The notes beneath the pieces were generated by a model. The model was given only the letters and a program-made list of their open reading frames with translations. It did not search any database and was not told where the DNA came from. Shown here in pieces: positions 21,313-32,655 of a stretch of 64,000 nucleotides of DNA. The position numbers and the translations under genes were made by a program. Position 1 is the stretch's first letter. Every line of letters begins with the position of its first letter. The stretch comes from an uncultured delta proteobacterium. Its GTDB lineage: Bacteria > Desulfobacterota > Desulfomonilia > UBA1062. The stretch spans positions 64,001 to 128,000 of the forward strand of contig CAVVYZ010000005.1 in the NCBI GenBank assembly GCA_963752595.1. Direction: 5' to 3'.

Positions 21313-22398
21313 ATGAACTCAGGGGATGATAAGCTTCATCCATCAGGAATCGGAACGGGCATGGATCGGACTGAGAATGTACCCATGCCGACATGGGTGG
21401 ATGTCGCACTGACACGGCGAGAATTTCTCGAAGCTGCTGCAACCGCTGCCTTTGTTGCAGGCGTAGGCGGGCCTGCATGGAGTGCCGTTACAAAGGGCTC
21501 GATCCCGTACCGTACATTGGGGCGTACAGGCGAGAAGGTCTCCATAGTCGGATTGGGAGGCGCTCACCTTGGGGTACAGGACGATGAACAGGAAAGCGTC
21601 CGCATCATCCGTACTGCACTCGACAGCGGGATCAATTTCCTCGACAACTCCTGGGACTATAACAGCGGCAGGAGCGAGATCCGCATGGGCAAAGCCTTGC
21701 TCGACGGATACCGGCAGAAAGCGTTCCTCATGACCAAGATAGACGGCAGAACCAGGAAGGAAGCTGCTCGCCAGCTCGAAGAATCGCTCCAAAGGCTCCG
21801 GACCGATCACATCGACCTCCTGCAGTTCCATGAGATAATCCGTATGGAGGATCCGGACCGCATCTTCGCACAAGGAGGTGCACTGGAGGCAGTACTGGAA
21901 GCTCGGCAGGCGGGGAAAGTCCGGTATATCGGCTTTACCGGGCATAAGAGCCCGGATATCCACCTGAAAATGCTTCAGACAGCCTCCCGGAACAATTTCC
22001 GTTTCGATGCCGTGCAGATGCCGCTCAACCTGATGGATGCCCATTACAACAGTTTTGGGAAAAAAGTCCTGCCGGTTCTCGTGAAGGAAGGGATAGGCGT
22101 TCTCGGCATGAAGCCCATGGGCGATAAGATCATTCTGGAGAGCAAGACCGTGACGCCCATCGAGTGCCTGCACTATGCGATGAACCTGCCGACCAGCGTC
22201 GTGATTACCGGCTGCGACTCGTGGCCGATCCTGCAGCAGGCACTGGATGCCGCAAGAAGCTTCCGGCCCATGGATTCCGGTGCGGTAGATACGCTCCTGA
22301 GGAAAACCGCACATGCTGCTGAGAATGGTCGGTTCGAGCTCTACAAGACATCCCGCACCTTCGACAGCACCCACAGGAATCCCGAATGGCTCGGATAA
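21313..22398 (+). CDS. Aldo/keto reductase with Tat-like leader
   Basis: TRREFL twin-arginine; YRTLGRTGEKVSIVGLGG, DHIDLLQFH, IGFTGH. Confidence 0.88.
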   Translation: MNSGDDKLHPSGIGTGMDRTENVPMPTWVDVALTRREFLEAAATAAFVAGVGGPAWSAVTKGSIPYRTLGRTGEKVSIVGLGGAHLGVQDDEQESVRIIRTALDSGINFLDNSWDYNSGRSEIRMGKALLDGYRQKAFLMTKIDGRTRKEAARQLEESLQRLRTDHIDLLQFHEIIRMEDPDRIFAQGGALEAVLEARQAGKVRYIGFTGHKSPDIHLKMLQTASRNNFRFDAVQMPLNLMDAHYNSFGKKVLPVLVKEGIGVLGMKPMGDKIILESKTVTPIECLHYAMNLPTSVVITGCDSWPILQQALDAARSFRPMDSGAVDTLLRKTAHAAENGRFELYKTSRTFDSTHRNPEWLG

Positions 22399-22459
22399 TT
22401 TGACACTTCCGGCACCGGATACTATTAAAGAATCATTCACCATCTTGGGAGGTTTGGCA

Positions 22460-22645
22460 ATGAACATCATATCAGAAAAAGAAGAAACAAAAAAAGCCAT
22501 CAGATGGATTTCGGAGCACCTGGAAGAGAATCCCGACCAGCCGGTGAGGAAGCTCATAGACAAGGCTATTTTTGAATTCAATCTTTCCCCTGCCCATGCG
22601 GAATTCCTGACACGCTTTTTCCATGAGCGGGCAGCAGGAAAGTAG
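22460..22645 (+). CDS. Small hypothetical protein (61 aa)
   Basis: GGAGG RBS; MNIISEKEETKKAIRWISE...FNLSPAHAEFL. Confidence 0.7.
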   Translation: MNIISEKEETKKAIRWISEHLEENPDQPVRKLIDKAIFEFNLSPAHAEFLTRFFHERAAGK

Positions 22646-22821
22646 CTGCCGGAAGATTAGCGGGCCCGGACGGTTTTCCTTTGCATACTTACCCAGGGTA
22701 GAAGGGCGTCAAAGGGTATTCTGAGGAATTCCAGACTGCCCTCCCCGCTCATACGCCCGGTATACCAGGGTCTCCCTCCTGACCGGTCCATGAAAAATCT
22801 CTCTTCGTTTTAAATTCATCC

Positions 22822-22847
22822 TTTTTCATACCTTAGTATGATGAAAA
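22822..22847. promoter_or_regulatory. Candidate operator TCATAC-N4-GTATGA, copy 2 (upstream of acyl-CoA ligase)
   Basis: TTTTTCATACCTTAGTATGATGAAAA; near-copy of 1625-1650. Confidence 0.55.
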
Positions 22848-22927
22848 GTGGTGTCTTATAATAGTATAATCATATGATCAAGCCGGAAAGATCGTTTCCG
22901 CTTGCGATATGATTTGGGAGGCTTTCA

Positions 22928-24970
22928 ATGGAATATCGAGATGATACACTCTGCGGTTTCTTTCATAAGCGGGTCCGGGAAATGGATGGAAACAGGCCCT
23001 TTCTCATGGGGAGATTCGACGGGCGGGGAGACCCCGTATCCGAATTCCAAACCATTACCTGGGGCGAGACGAGGAGGCTTTCCCTCGAACTTGCGTCAGG
23101 ATTGACGGCGCTCGGCGTGAGCCGTGGTGACAAGATCGCGATCTTTTCCGAGAGCCGTCCGCGCTGGATCATTGCCGACCAGGCCATACTGGCCATAGGC
23201 GGGGTCGAGGTGCCATTGTACCCCACTCTGTCGAAAGAAGAATTCTCTTACATGATCGGCGACAGCGGCTCGAAGGTCGTCTTCTGCTCCACGGCGGAAA
23301 AGGCAGAGATGGCCCGCTCGGTCCGCCCGGATACCTCGCTTGAGATCATCATCACCATGAGTTCGTACCGGGGGGACCCGGGCGATAAGGTCTACCACTT
23401 TAACGAGATCATCGAGATGGGGAGGAAAAACTTCGACCTCCCGAAGCTTGAACAGGAAATTGCTCGTGCAAAGCCCGAAGACCTCGCCAGCATCATTTAC
23501 ACCTCCGGAACAACCGGCATGCCCAAGGGTGTGATGCTCACCCACGCAAACTGGATCGCTTCCATACACCAGTTCAGCGACCCTACCCTCATCCGCCGCC
23601 AGGCCCTTGATACGAATTCCCGCCTGCTCTTCCTGGTGCACCTGCCCATATGCCATGTCTACGGCCGCACCTGCGACTACCACGTCGGCGGGATCAAGCA
23701 GGGAGGCATCCTGGCATTCGAACCCGACTTCAGCCGTATTCCCAAGACGTTGAAAGAGCTTCGGCCCAACGTGATCATCAGCATCCCGCGGTTCTTCGAA
23801 AAGGTCTACGATCAGATCAATGCGATCATATCGCGGCAGCCTCCGCGGGTGGGCAAAATCTTCGCCTGGGCCATGCGCCAGGGGCAGAAATACACCGATG
23901 CCATGGCAAAAGGGACCCGGCTTGGCATACTGGACCTGTGGCTGTTTTCCCAGGCCAATATCCTCGTGTTCAACAGGATACGCAAGGAGGTGGGCATCGA
24001 CCGCCTCGTCATGGCAGGCTCCGGCGGCGGGAAGCTCTCGGCAGAGGTCTGCACCTTCTTCCGCTCCATGGGGGTCCAGCTCTGCGAAGGCTACGGCCTC
24101 ACGGAGACTGCAGCCGTACTGAACTACAATGCCCCGGAGTTCTGGGGACTGGACAGGGACAATCTCACCAGGTTCCAGAACAGGATGATCGACTGGACCA
24201 TCGACTGCATGGTCCGGAAGCAGGCTGAAGGCAAGTCTCCTTACACGAACCCCTTGCGCTCGCTCAAGCTCATGGTCGCTTACCTGTCCCTTGCATACCG
24301 CCTCCAGGTCAAGGCAGGGACAGTGGGCAAACCCGTCATCCGGACCGAAGAGAAGATCGCGGACGACGGGGAGATCCTCGCAAAGGGCCCCCAGATCTTC
24401 AAAGGCTACTGGGGCATGCCCGAGGAGAACGAAAAGACCTTTACCCCTGACGGCTGGTTCTGCACCGGCGACATCGGACGGTTCGACGAAGACGGGTTCC
24501 TGGAGATAACGGACAGGAAAAAGGATCTCTTCGTCACTTCCGGCGGCAAGAACGTTGCCCCGCACCCGATAGAGCTCGCCGTCATATCCCGCCCTTATAT
24601 CGACCAGGCATGCCTCGTGGGCGACGGGGAAAAATATCTGGCGGCACTCATCGTACCGGACTTTCCCGAGCTGAATCGATATGCAAAGGAATCGGGGATC
24701 TCCTGTAGAGAGCCGGAAGAGCTCATCCTGAATGAAAAGGTAAAGGCCCTGCTCCAGAGCCAGGTGGATGAAGTGAACAGCCACCTTTCCCGCTACGAGC
24801 AGATCAAGTATTTCACCCTGCTTGCACGACCTTTCAGCGTGGAGGGCGGCGAGCTGACGCCCACGCTCAAGCTCAAGCGTCGGGTCATCAAGGAGCGCTT
24901 CCAAGATCAGATCGCATCGATGTTCCGGGTTCAGGCGCAGGCTGCCGGAAAGCAGGAAGCAGGCAGATAA
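22928..24970 (+). CDS. Long-chain fatty acid-CoA ligase
   Basis: IIYTSGTTGMPKGV, GYGLTET, TGDIG, DRKKD..SGGKNVAP, LTPTLKLKR. Confidence 0.93.
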   Translation: MEYRDDTLCGFFHKRVREMDGNRPFLMGRFDGRGDPVSEFQTITWGETRRLSLELASGLTALGVSRGDKIAIFSESRPRWIIADQAILAIGGVEVPLYPTLSKEEFSYMIGDSGSKVVFCSTAEKAEMARSVRPDTSLEIIITMSSYRGDPGDKVYHFNEIIEMGRKNFDLPKLEQEIARAKPEDLASIIYTSGTTGMPKGVMLTHANWIASIHQFSDPTLIRRQALDTNSRLLFLVHLPICHVYGRTCDYHVGGIKQGGILAFEPDFSRIPKTLKELRPNVIISIPRFFEKVYDQINAIISRQPPRVGKIFAWAMRQGQKYTDAMAKGTRLGILDLWLFSQANILVFNRIRKEVGIDRLVMAGSGGGKLSAEVCTFFRSMGVQLCEGYGLTETAAVLNYNAPEFWGLDRDNLTRFQNRMIDWTIDCMVRKQAEGKSPYTNPLRSLKLMVAYLSLAYRLQVKAGTVGKPVIRTEEKIADDGEILAKGPQIFKGYWGMPEENEKTFTPDGWFCTGDIGRFDEDGFLEITDRKKDLFVTSGGKNVAPHPIELAVISRPYIDQACLVGDGEKYLAALIVPDFPELNRYAKESGISCREPEELILNEKVKALLQSQVDEVNSHLSRYEQIKYFTLLARPFSVEGGELTPTLKLKRRVIKERFQDQIASMFRVQAQAAGKQEAGR

Positions 24971-25007
24971 GGCTCGTGGACTTTCTCAGGGCAAAGAGGA
25001 CGTTGTC

Positions 25008-26183
25008 ATGAAAGAATGCGTGATCGTTGACGGTGTACGGACTGCGAATGCCAGGGCTCATGCGGGAAAAGGCTGGTTCCGGAACGTGCGGCCGGAAAGC
25101 CTGCTCATCGCGTGCTATAATGCCCTTTTCGAGCGGAACCCGGATGTCAGGCCGGAGCACGTCGAAGCGGTTTTCTGCGGCTGTGCAAATATAACAGGCA
25201 TGCAGAACGATATCGGAAGGCTTGCCTGGCTTGCCGGCGGGTTTCCCGAGACCGTTGCCTCCAATACTCTCACCCAGCAGTGCCCTTCGGGCATGTCTGC
25301 GCTGGAGCACGCCGCAAGGGCGATCATGTGTGGAGAGGGCGATACCTACATCGTCTCAGGCATCGAGGACATGCAGAAGGTCCCCATGGCCATGGGCATG
25401 GATTTCGCGCCTGTGCTCTTCGAACGGTATGATGCTTTAGAGATTCCCATGGGATCGACCGCCGAGAAGGTGGCCAGGCTCTACGGCATCAGCCGGGCAG
25501 ACCAGGAGAACATGGCGCTCTGGAGCCACAGGAAGGCTTCCGATGCCACAATGGCGGGCAAATTCAAAAGCGAGCTCGTGCCAGTTGCGGGACACAGAGA
25601 AGACGGCACGCCGTTCATGGTCGAAGAAGACCAGTGGATCAGGCCCGATATATCTCTGGAAAAAATGGCAGCCATGCAGCCGGTTTTCGACCCGAGCGGC
25701 GTGGTGACCGCTGCCACATCGTCTCCTCTGACCGCGGGCGGGGCCGCGCTGCTCCTCATGGAGCGTAAGAAAGCGGACAAGAGGGGCCTTTCCTACCATC
25801 TCAAGTACGTCCACGGCTCCATGGCAGGCTGCGACCCCACCCTCATGGGGATAGGACCTATCCCTGCCTGCCGGAAACTGCTCGAACGGACCGGCCTCGC
25901 CGTCCGGGACATCGATGTCTGGGAGCTCAACGAGGCCTTTGCAAGCCAGGCGCTCGCCTGTCTGCGGGAGCTCGGCATCGCACAGAACGCTCCTTTCGAG
26001 AACGTGAACGTCTGGGGTGGAGCGCTGGCCCTGGGACATCCTCTGGGAGAATCCGGGGCACGGATCGTCGTGACGCTGAACAGCATCATGAAGACCGACA
26101 GGAAAAAGTCAAGGTACGGCATCGCCACGCTCTGCGGCGGTTTCGGGAACGGCAATGCCGTACTGCTGAAAAGGGTGGGATAG
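25008..26183 (+). CDS. Thiolase (acetyl-CoA C-acyltransferase)
   Basis: [31 protein letters not shown]. Confidence 0.93.
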   Translation: MKECVIVDGVRTANARAHAGKGWFRNVRPESLLIACYNALFERNPDVRPEHVEAVFCGCANITGMQNDIGRLAWLAGGFPETVASNTLTQQCPSGMSALEHAARAIMCGEGDTYIVSGIEDMQKVPMAMGMDFAPVLFERYDALEIPMGSTAEKVARLYGISRADQENMALWSHRKASDATMAGKFKSELVPVAGHREDGTPFMVEEDQWIRPDISLEKMAAMQPVFDPSGVVTAATSSPLTAGGAALLLMERKKADKRGLSYHLKYVHGSMAGCDPTLMGIGPIPACRKLLERTGLAVRDIDVWELNEAFASQALACLRELGIAQNAPFENVNVWGGALALGHPLGESGARIVVTLNSIMKTDRKKSRYGIATLCGGFGNGNAVLLKRVG

Positions 26184-26277
26184 AAGCTTTTGCCTCGCTG
26201 ACAGACGATTGAATCCGACCCGGCAAGGGAATGTGCCCGGCGATATTCGGTACGCTATTATGTAAAAGGAGGATCAT

Positions 26278-27045
26278 ATGAACTTTGAAACATTGCTTAT
26301 TGAAAGGCACGCATATGTGGCGGTACTTACCCTGAACCGCCCGCCGAACAATGCAGTGAGCTACATCATGCTGCAGGAGATCGACAAGGCACTGACAGAG
26401 GTGGCAGCGGACAGGGAAGCGCGGGCACTGGTGATTACCGGTGCAGGAGAGAAGAGCTTATGCGCAGGCATGGATGTGGTGGATGCAATCAACCACCCGG
26501 ATGTAGGCGAAGTGGGCAGGGCCTTATGGACAAGGTGGACCTCTTCGAGAAGCCGACCTTTGCGGCCATCAACGGCCACGCCCTGGGGGGCGGGTGCGAG
26601 CTGGCACTGGCCTGCCATTTCCGGTACATGGCGGAAAACCCCAATGCCAACATAGGCTGCCCCGAGATCAACCTGGGCATTATGCCGGGCTGGGGCGGGA
26701 CACAGAGGATGACACGGCTCCTGGGCAGATCCAAGGCACTGGAACTCATGCTTAACGCAAGACGCCTGAGCCCCCGGGAGGCTTTTCCGTCGGCCTGGTG
26801 GACGGCTCTTTGCACCTGAGCAGCTCATGCCCCAGGTCATGGAGATCGCCGCCGCCCTTTCCGAGAAGGCGCCGCTTTCCGTCACGCGCCATCATCAAGG
26901 CCTCTACCACGTTTGTAAACAAAGGGATCGAAGAAGGACTCAAGGCCGAGGAAGAGGAGAGCAAGATCTGCTCGCCATCCAAGGATGCCATCGAGGGGTT
27001 CACGGCATTCATGGAGAAGAGAAACCCGAGTTCAAGGGCGAATAA
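26278..27045 (+). CDS. Enoyl-CoA hydratase/isomerase (frameshifted in this sequence)
   Basis: LTLNRPP, AAINGHALGGGCELALAC, PEINLGIMPGWGGTQR, AIEGFTAFMEKR spread over several frames; probable indel errors. Confidence 0.8.
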
Positions 27046-27067
27046 GAATAGTTTCCTGGAGGAGAAT

Positions 27068-28207
27068 ATGGACGTAAAAAAGATTGCAGTAATCGGCGCC
27101 GGCGCCATGGGCAACGGCATCGCCCAGGTTGGGCTCATGGCAGGGTATACCGTTCCATGCACGACATGGAGCAGCGCTTCGTGGACAGGGGCGTGAGCAC
27201 GATCAAGGAGAGCCTGGCTAAGTTCGTGGGCAAGGGCAAGATCACCGAAGACCAGAACAAGGACATGCTTGCCCGGCTCCTGCCCACGACCGACCTCAAG
27301 GCAGCGGTGGCGGATGCGGACCTGGTCATCGAGGCCGTGTTCGAAGACCTGGGCCTCAAGAAGAAGATCTTCGCCGAGCTGGATGCCTATGCCCCGGAGC
27401 GAACCATCCTGGCGAGCAACACCTCGTCCATGAGCATCACCGAGATCGCCTCGGCAACCAAGCGGCCGGAGAAGGTCGTGGGCATGCACTTCTTCAACCC
27501 CGCGGTGCTCATGAAGCTCGTGGAGGTCATCTACGCAAAGCAGTCAGCGGATGCGAGCCATCCAGACCACCTTTGACGTGGCCAAAAAGATGGACAAGAT
27601 CCCGGTCATCGTGAAGAAGGACTCGCCGGGATTCATCTACAACCGGGTGAATGCGCCCACCGCCCTGCTGCTCCAGCTCATCCTGGACAAGGGAGCCCCA
27701 CCCCCGCCCAGTTCGACGCGGCATTCAAGGCCTTCATGCCCATGACCCCCTTCGAGCTCCTCGATTATGTGGGTCTCGACATCGTGCTGCACACGCAGAA
27801 GTACTATTCAGAAACGCTCTCGAAGGATTACACCCCGGGAAAGGCGCTGGTCGATCTGGTATCAAGTCCGGAAACCTCGGCAAAAAAACCGGCAAAGGCC
27901 TGTACGACTGGTCTGCAGGCAGGCCCGCCATCGACACCTCGAACCCCACCACCGAGTACGATTCACGCACATGGTTGCCCTGCAGGTGAATGAGGCCACC
28001 AAACTCCTGGAGGAAGGCGTGGCGAAGACCCCAAGGATATCGACCTCGCCATGGCCAACGGAGGCGGCGGCATCGGCCCTTCGCGCTGGCCAAGGGCATC
28101 GGCTACGACAAGCTCGTGATCCGAAATGCAACGAGCTGGCCGACAAGTTCGGCATCGAAACCTTCCGGCCCACAAAGACCATGCTCGAAGGCAAGGTCGG
28201 GGTGTAA
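27068..28207 (+). CDS. 3-hydroxyacyl-CoA dehydrogenase (frameshifted in this sequence)
   Basis: VIGAGAMGNGIA, LVIEAVFEDL, ASNTSS, GMHFFNP, PGFIYNR, GKKTGKGLY across several frames. Confidence 0.82.
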
Positions 28208-28323
28208 CCGGCCCGGCCCGGCAAAAGGCAGAAGCCCAGGGATCATCCGTACCCGGCGATGAACCGCTTGTCTTCGCTCATAGAAGGGTCGCAGAGAACA
28301 TAATTGCCGGTTGGACGTTTTTG

Positions 28324-28360
28324 AAAAAGGGGAAGAGTTCCGGAAACTCTTCCCCTTTTT
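28324..28360. terminator. Bidirectional intrinsic terminator
   Basis: AAAAAGGGGAAGAGTT-loop-AACTCTTCCCCTTTTT between convergent genes. Confidence 0.75.
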
Positions 28361-28361
28361 A

Positions 28362-31300
28362 TTATGCAGTCATAACTTCTGCCGCAGGAACCCTTTCTTC
28401 CGATATCTGTCCGGTGTGATCTGCCGCGAGGAAGAGGTACATGGCCGGCACAACGAACAGGGTGAACAGTGTCCCGATAGCTATGCCGGTCGTGATCACG
28501 AGTCCCATGTTGAATCGGCCTGCAGCTCCGGCTCCGGACGCGAAGACGAGCGGCATTACGCCCAACACCATAGCTGCCGTGGTCATGAGGATCGGCCTTA
28601 AGCGTATGGTCGCAGCCTCCTCGATGGCCTCGCGTTTTACCCTTCCCTCCCGCTGAAGGTCATTGGCGAACTGGACGATGAGGATGCCGTGCTTGCTGAT
28701 AAGGCCTACGAGCGTCACCAGCCCGACCTCGGTGTAGATGTTCAGGCTCGCGCCGCCGATGCCCAGGCTGATGAAGATCAAAGCCCCGCAGATGGACATG
28801 GGCACGCTGACGAGTACGATGACCGGATCGCGGAAGCTCTCGAACAATGCAGCCAGAGCCAGAAAGATGATGATGAGCGCAAAGGCGAATGTGACGAGGA
28901 GAGCACTCGATTCCTGAACGTACTGCCGCGACTCGCCTCCGTAGTCGATGCTGTAGCCCTGGGGCAGCACCTCACCGGCAGCCTTATTGAGGGCATCCAA
29001 TGCCTGGCCCTGGGTGATGCCGGGAGAAGGAACTCCCGAGATGGTGGCGGAGTTGAGCTGCTGGAAGTGATTGAGCGACACCGGCACCACACCGGTCTTG
29101 AGATGCGCAATGGTGGAAAGCGGTATCGATTCACCTTCGGCAGTATTGACATAGTAATTGTTCAACTGGTCGGCCGTGAGCCGCTCGCTCTGCATCACCT
29201 GGGGAATCACCTTGTACGAACGGCCGGACATGCTGAAATAGTTCACATAGCCCCCGCCCAGCATTGAGGCAAGGGACCCGCCCAGATCAGCCATGGTCAG
29301 GCCCAGCTGTGCGGCCTTGTCCCGGTCGAACTCCACCATGACCTGCGGCTTGTCGATCTTGAGGTCGGTGTCCACGAACATGAACATCCCGCTGGCGGCC
29401 GCCTTATCCTTCATGGCCTGGGAGACCTCGTTCAGCCGTTCGAAGGAGTCGGTGGTGCCGATCACAAACTGCACCGGCATTCCATGTCCGGATCCGGGCA
29501 GGGACGGAGGCGGGAAGGCCACCCCCCGGGCCCCGGCGATGCTCCCGAGCTTGGCCTGTATCTCGGGCTGGAGCTCGCCGGCCGAACGGCCCCGCTCGCC
29601 CCAGGGTTTGAGCACCAGGCCCACAAAGGCCGAGTTGAGTCCGGAGAATCCCTCTACCTGGAATATATGATCGATTTCCGGTATGGGTGCCAGGGCATCA
29701 TAAACCTGTTTGGAATAGAGCTGCGTCTGCTGCAGGCTGGCATCCGGGGCAGCAGACAGCATGGTCATGAAGAAGCCCTGGTCCTCCTGTGGTGCGAGCT
29801 CGCTCCGGGCGCTGACAAACAGGAAGTAGTTGCTCAGGAGGATGACGCCTGCGAACACCCCGACCACGGGCAGCGAGTTCAGCGCCCCTTTGAGCAGCCG
29901 GGCATAGCCGGACCTGATGCGGTTGAATCTCTCGTCGATGAAATCCGTGAAACGGTGCCGCGAGTCTTGTCCCGGGTGCTTGAGGAACCGCGAGCACATC
30001 ATGGGCGAAAGCGTCAGCGCGATGACAGCCGAAACGAACACTGCGCCTGCCAGCGTGTAGGCGAACTCGGTGAACAAGGTCCCGGTGAGGCCTCCCATGA
30101 ATCCGATGGGTATGTATACCGCGATCAGAACCACGGTCATGGCGACTATAGGCCCGCCGAGCTCGCGGGCACCCCGGAGAGCGGCTTCCTGGAGCGGGAC
30201 GCCCTCTTCCAGGTGGCGGTGCACGTTTTCCACCACGATGATCGCATCGTCCACCACGAGGCCGATGGCGAGCACCAGTGCCAGGAGCGTCATGAGGTTG
30301 ATGGTGTAACCCAGGATGAGCATGATGAAGAATGCACCGATCAGCGATAACGGTATGGCCACGGTCGGGATGAGCACCGAGCGTACCGAGCCCAGAGAGA
30401 GGAAGATAACCAGAGTCACGATGAGCAGGGCCTCGATCAGGGTAATCACCACCTCATGGATCGAGCTGTTCACGTAGTCCGTGGCATCGTAGACGATACG
30501 GCCGTCCAGCCCCTGGGGAAGCTGATGGGCAATGGCCGGGAATACCTTGCGCACTTCTTCCACGACCGAGAGCAGGTTCGCGTTCGGAGCCACCTTGATG
30601 GCCATGAACACCGCGCTCTTGCCGTCGAAATGCACCGCCGAGTCGTAGTTCTCCGCACCGAGCGTTACATTGGCGATGTCTCCGAGGCGGACGATGGCCC
30701 CGTCAACCGACTTGACAGCGAGGTTGCGGAATTCTTCCACCGAGTGCAGGCCTGTTGCTGCGGTGAGATTTACGGTTACCATCTGTCCCTGCGTGCGGCC
30801 CAGAGCCGAGATGAAGTCGTTGGCCGAGAGCGCGTTCCTCACGTCCGTGGCGGTCAGGCCGTGGGCGGACATCCGGGCCGGATCGAGCCATGCCCGCAAC
30901 GCGAACTCCTGCTTGCCGAAGATCTCGGCCGTCTGAACTCCCTCCACTGCCTGCAGCTTCGGCTGCACGACCCTGATGAGGTAATCCGTGATCTTGTTCG
31001 TGGGCAGGTCCTCGCTGTAAAACCCCATGATCATCGAGCCGATGTCCTCGCCTGTAGACAGGCTGATCACAGGCTGCTGGGCCTCCCTGGGAAGCTGGTT
31101 CACCACCGCGTTGACCTTGGTGTTGATCTCGGTGAGCGCCTTGTTCGCATCGTAGTTCAGACGCAGGTTCGCCGTGATGGTGCTCACGCTCTGCGAGCTC
31201 GACGAGGTGAGATAGTCGATGCCGTTCGCCTGGGCAATGGAGTTTTCGAGCGGGGTCGTGATGAAGCCGGACACGAGCTCGGGATCGGCCCCCGTATACA

Positions 31301-31448
31301 CGGTCATGACCGTGACCACGGCATTCTGGGTTTCCGGATATTGGCGCACCGGCAGCAGATTGATCGACCTCAAGCCCAGGACCAGGATCAGGAGGCTCAT
31401 CACGGTGGCAAGAACGGGCCTGCGCACGAAGATATCTGTAAATTTCAT
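28362..31448 (-). CDS. RND efflux permease (MexI/MexW-like)
   Basis: MKFTDIFVRRPVLA, GLVVDDAIIVVEN, RLRPILMT; 1028 aa. Confidence 0.95.
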   Translation of the reverse strand: MKFTDIFVRRPVLATVMSLLILVLGLRSINLLPVRQYPETQNAVVTVMTVYTGADPELVSGFITTPLENSIAQANGIDYLTSSSSQSVSTITANLRLNYDANKALTEINTKVNAVVNQLPREAQQPVISLSTGEDIGSMIMGFYSEDLPTNKITDYLIRVVQPKLQAVEGVQTAEIFGKQEFALRAWLDPARMSAHGLTATDVRNALSANDFISALGRTQGQMVTVNLTAATGLHSVEEFRNLAVKSVDGAIVRLGDIANVTLGAENYDSAVHFDGKSAVFMAIKVAPNANLLSVVEEVRKVFPAIAHQLPQGLDGRIVYDATDYVNSSIHEVVITLIEALLIVTLVIFLSLGSVRSVLIPTVAIPLSLIGAFFIMLILGYTINLMTLLALVLAIGLVVDDAIIVVENVHRHLEEGVPLQEAALRGARELGGPIVAMTVVLIAVYIPIGFMGGLTGTLFTEFAYTLAGAVFVSAVIALTLSPMMCSRFLKHPGQDSRHRFTDFIDERFNRIRSGYARLLKGALNSLPVVGVFAGVILLSNYFLFVSARSELAPQEDQGFFMTMLSAAPDASLQQTQLYSKQVYDALAPIPEIDHIFQVEGFSGLNSAFVGLVLKPWGERGRSAGELQPEIQAKLGSIAGARGVAFPPPSLPGSGHGMPVQFVIGTTDSFERLNEVSQAMKDKAAASGMFMFVDTDLKIDKPQVMVEFDRDKAAQLGLTMADLGGSLASMLGGGYVNYFSMSGRSYKVIPQVMQSERLTADQLNNYYVNTAEGESIPLSTIAHLKTGVVPVSLNHFQQLNSATISGVPSPGITQGQALDALNKAAGEVLPQGYSIDYGGESRQYVQESSALLVTFAFALIIIFLALAALFESFRDPVIVLVSVPMSICGALIFISLGIGGASLNIYTEVGLVTLVGLISKHGILIVQFANDLQREGRVKREAIEEAATIRLRPILMTTAAMVLGVMPLVFASGAGAAGRFNMGLVITTGIAIGTLFTLFVVPAMYLFLAADHTGQISEERVPAAEVMTA

Positions 31449-31464
31449 AGGTCAGCCTTTTTCC

Positions 31465-32589
31465 TTACTTGTCCATGGGTTTCGGTGCAGCATCGTTCAG
31501 CGGCCGGACTTTGTTGTCTATGATGACCGGGCTCCCGCTCCTGAGCTTGAGCTGCCCGCTCGTGACCACTGTCTCCCCTTCCCTGATGCCGGAGAGAACG
31601 GCGATCTGATCGCCCCGGGAAGGACCCACGGTGATGAAGGTCTGCCTGGCAAAGAGGGCGGGTTTCCCGTCCTTGCCTTTGTCATCCACGAGATAGACGG
31701 TCTCGCCGTAGGGATTGAAGACCACTGCTGTCCTGGGCAGCGTCAGATAGCTCTGCGCCTGACCGGCCTTGACCTCGACCGAGACAAACATGCCCGGCAG
31801 AAGCTCGTGCCCCGGATTTGCGATCTTCGCTTCGATGCGCACATTGCGCGTGCTCGTCTCCACCTGGGGATTGATGGCGCTCACTGTCCCGCTGAAAGTC
31901 TTGCCCGGGTAGGCATCGGAGGTTGCGGCAATAGTCTGGCCTTTCATGATCCGGGACAGCTCCTGCTGAGGCAGGGAGAAGTCCACATACAGATAATCCA
32001 GAGACTGGAGGGTAACGATCCTGTCTCCCGGGTTAATATACTGACCCGGATTGACCGAACCGATACCGAGCCTTCCGGCAAAGGGCGCACTCATTGTCTT
32101 TTTATTTATCAGGGCGGCCTGCTGGGCAACGAGAGCCTGCTTGCTTTTCAGTTCGGCGGAGTCGATGTCCAGGGCAGCCTGGCTTATGGCCTGGGCTTCG
32201 AGCTGTTTTCTGTCCCGCTCAAAAGTGGAGCGGGCAAGCCCCGCAGCAGCTTCCAGTGCCTGCAGCTGCGCGATGTCGGAATCCGCATTGAGCTTCACCA
32301 GGACCTGGCCCGCCTTTACCTCATCGCCGGAGGTGAAGTGAACGCTTTTGACGAGGCCTGCGATCTCACTGGCCACCTCGACTCCGCGTACGGCCCTCAG
32401 GCTGCCCACAGCCTTGATTTGAGGCTGCCAGGTATCGGTCGACGCTTTTTCCGCAGTCACGGTAACCGGCGGCATCTGGCCGGAAGACATGTATTTCTTC
32501 ATCATGTTCGCCATGAAGGCCTTGTAGCCGAATATGCCGCCGAACAGAATCACGACGGCTGCCAGCATAATCACCATACGTTTGGTCAT
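31465..32589 (-). CDS. RND periplasmic adaptor (membrane fusion protein)
   Basis: N-terminal TM, lipoyl-like G.V..G..L, APFAG, LLPGMF. Confidence 0.93.
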   Translation of the reverse strand: MTKRMVIMLAAVVILFGGIFGYKAFMANMMKKYMSSGQMPPVTVTAEKASTDTWQPQIKAVGSLRAVRGVEVASEIAGLVKSVHFTSGDEVKAGQVLVKLNADSDIAQLQALEAAAGLARSTFERDRKQLEAQAISQAALDIDSAELKSKQALVAQQAALINKKTMSAPFAGRLGIGSVNPGQYINPGDRIVTLQSLDYLYVDFSLPQQELSRIMKGQTIAATSDAYPGKTFSGTVSAINPQVETSTRNVRIEAKIANPGHELLPGMFVSVEVKAGQAQSYLTLPRTAVVFNPYGETVYLVDDKGKDGKPALFARQTFITVGPSRGDQIAVLSGIREGETVVTSGQLKLRSGSPVIIDNKVRPLNDAAPKPMDK

Positions 32590-32655
32590 CAGAAATCTCT
32601 CCGTATCCTGGAAAATGAACCTCTACCGAGGTCCTTACACACTATGGACATGTTT

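Noticed and set aside
26278-28207. Many frameshifts in the hydratase and dehydrogenase genes, read as pseudogenes or programmed frameshifting
   Set aside because: Dense single-base indels, often in homopolymers, with otherwise intact motifs and no in-frame decay; most consistent with long-read errors. Needs a read check.
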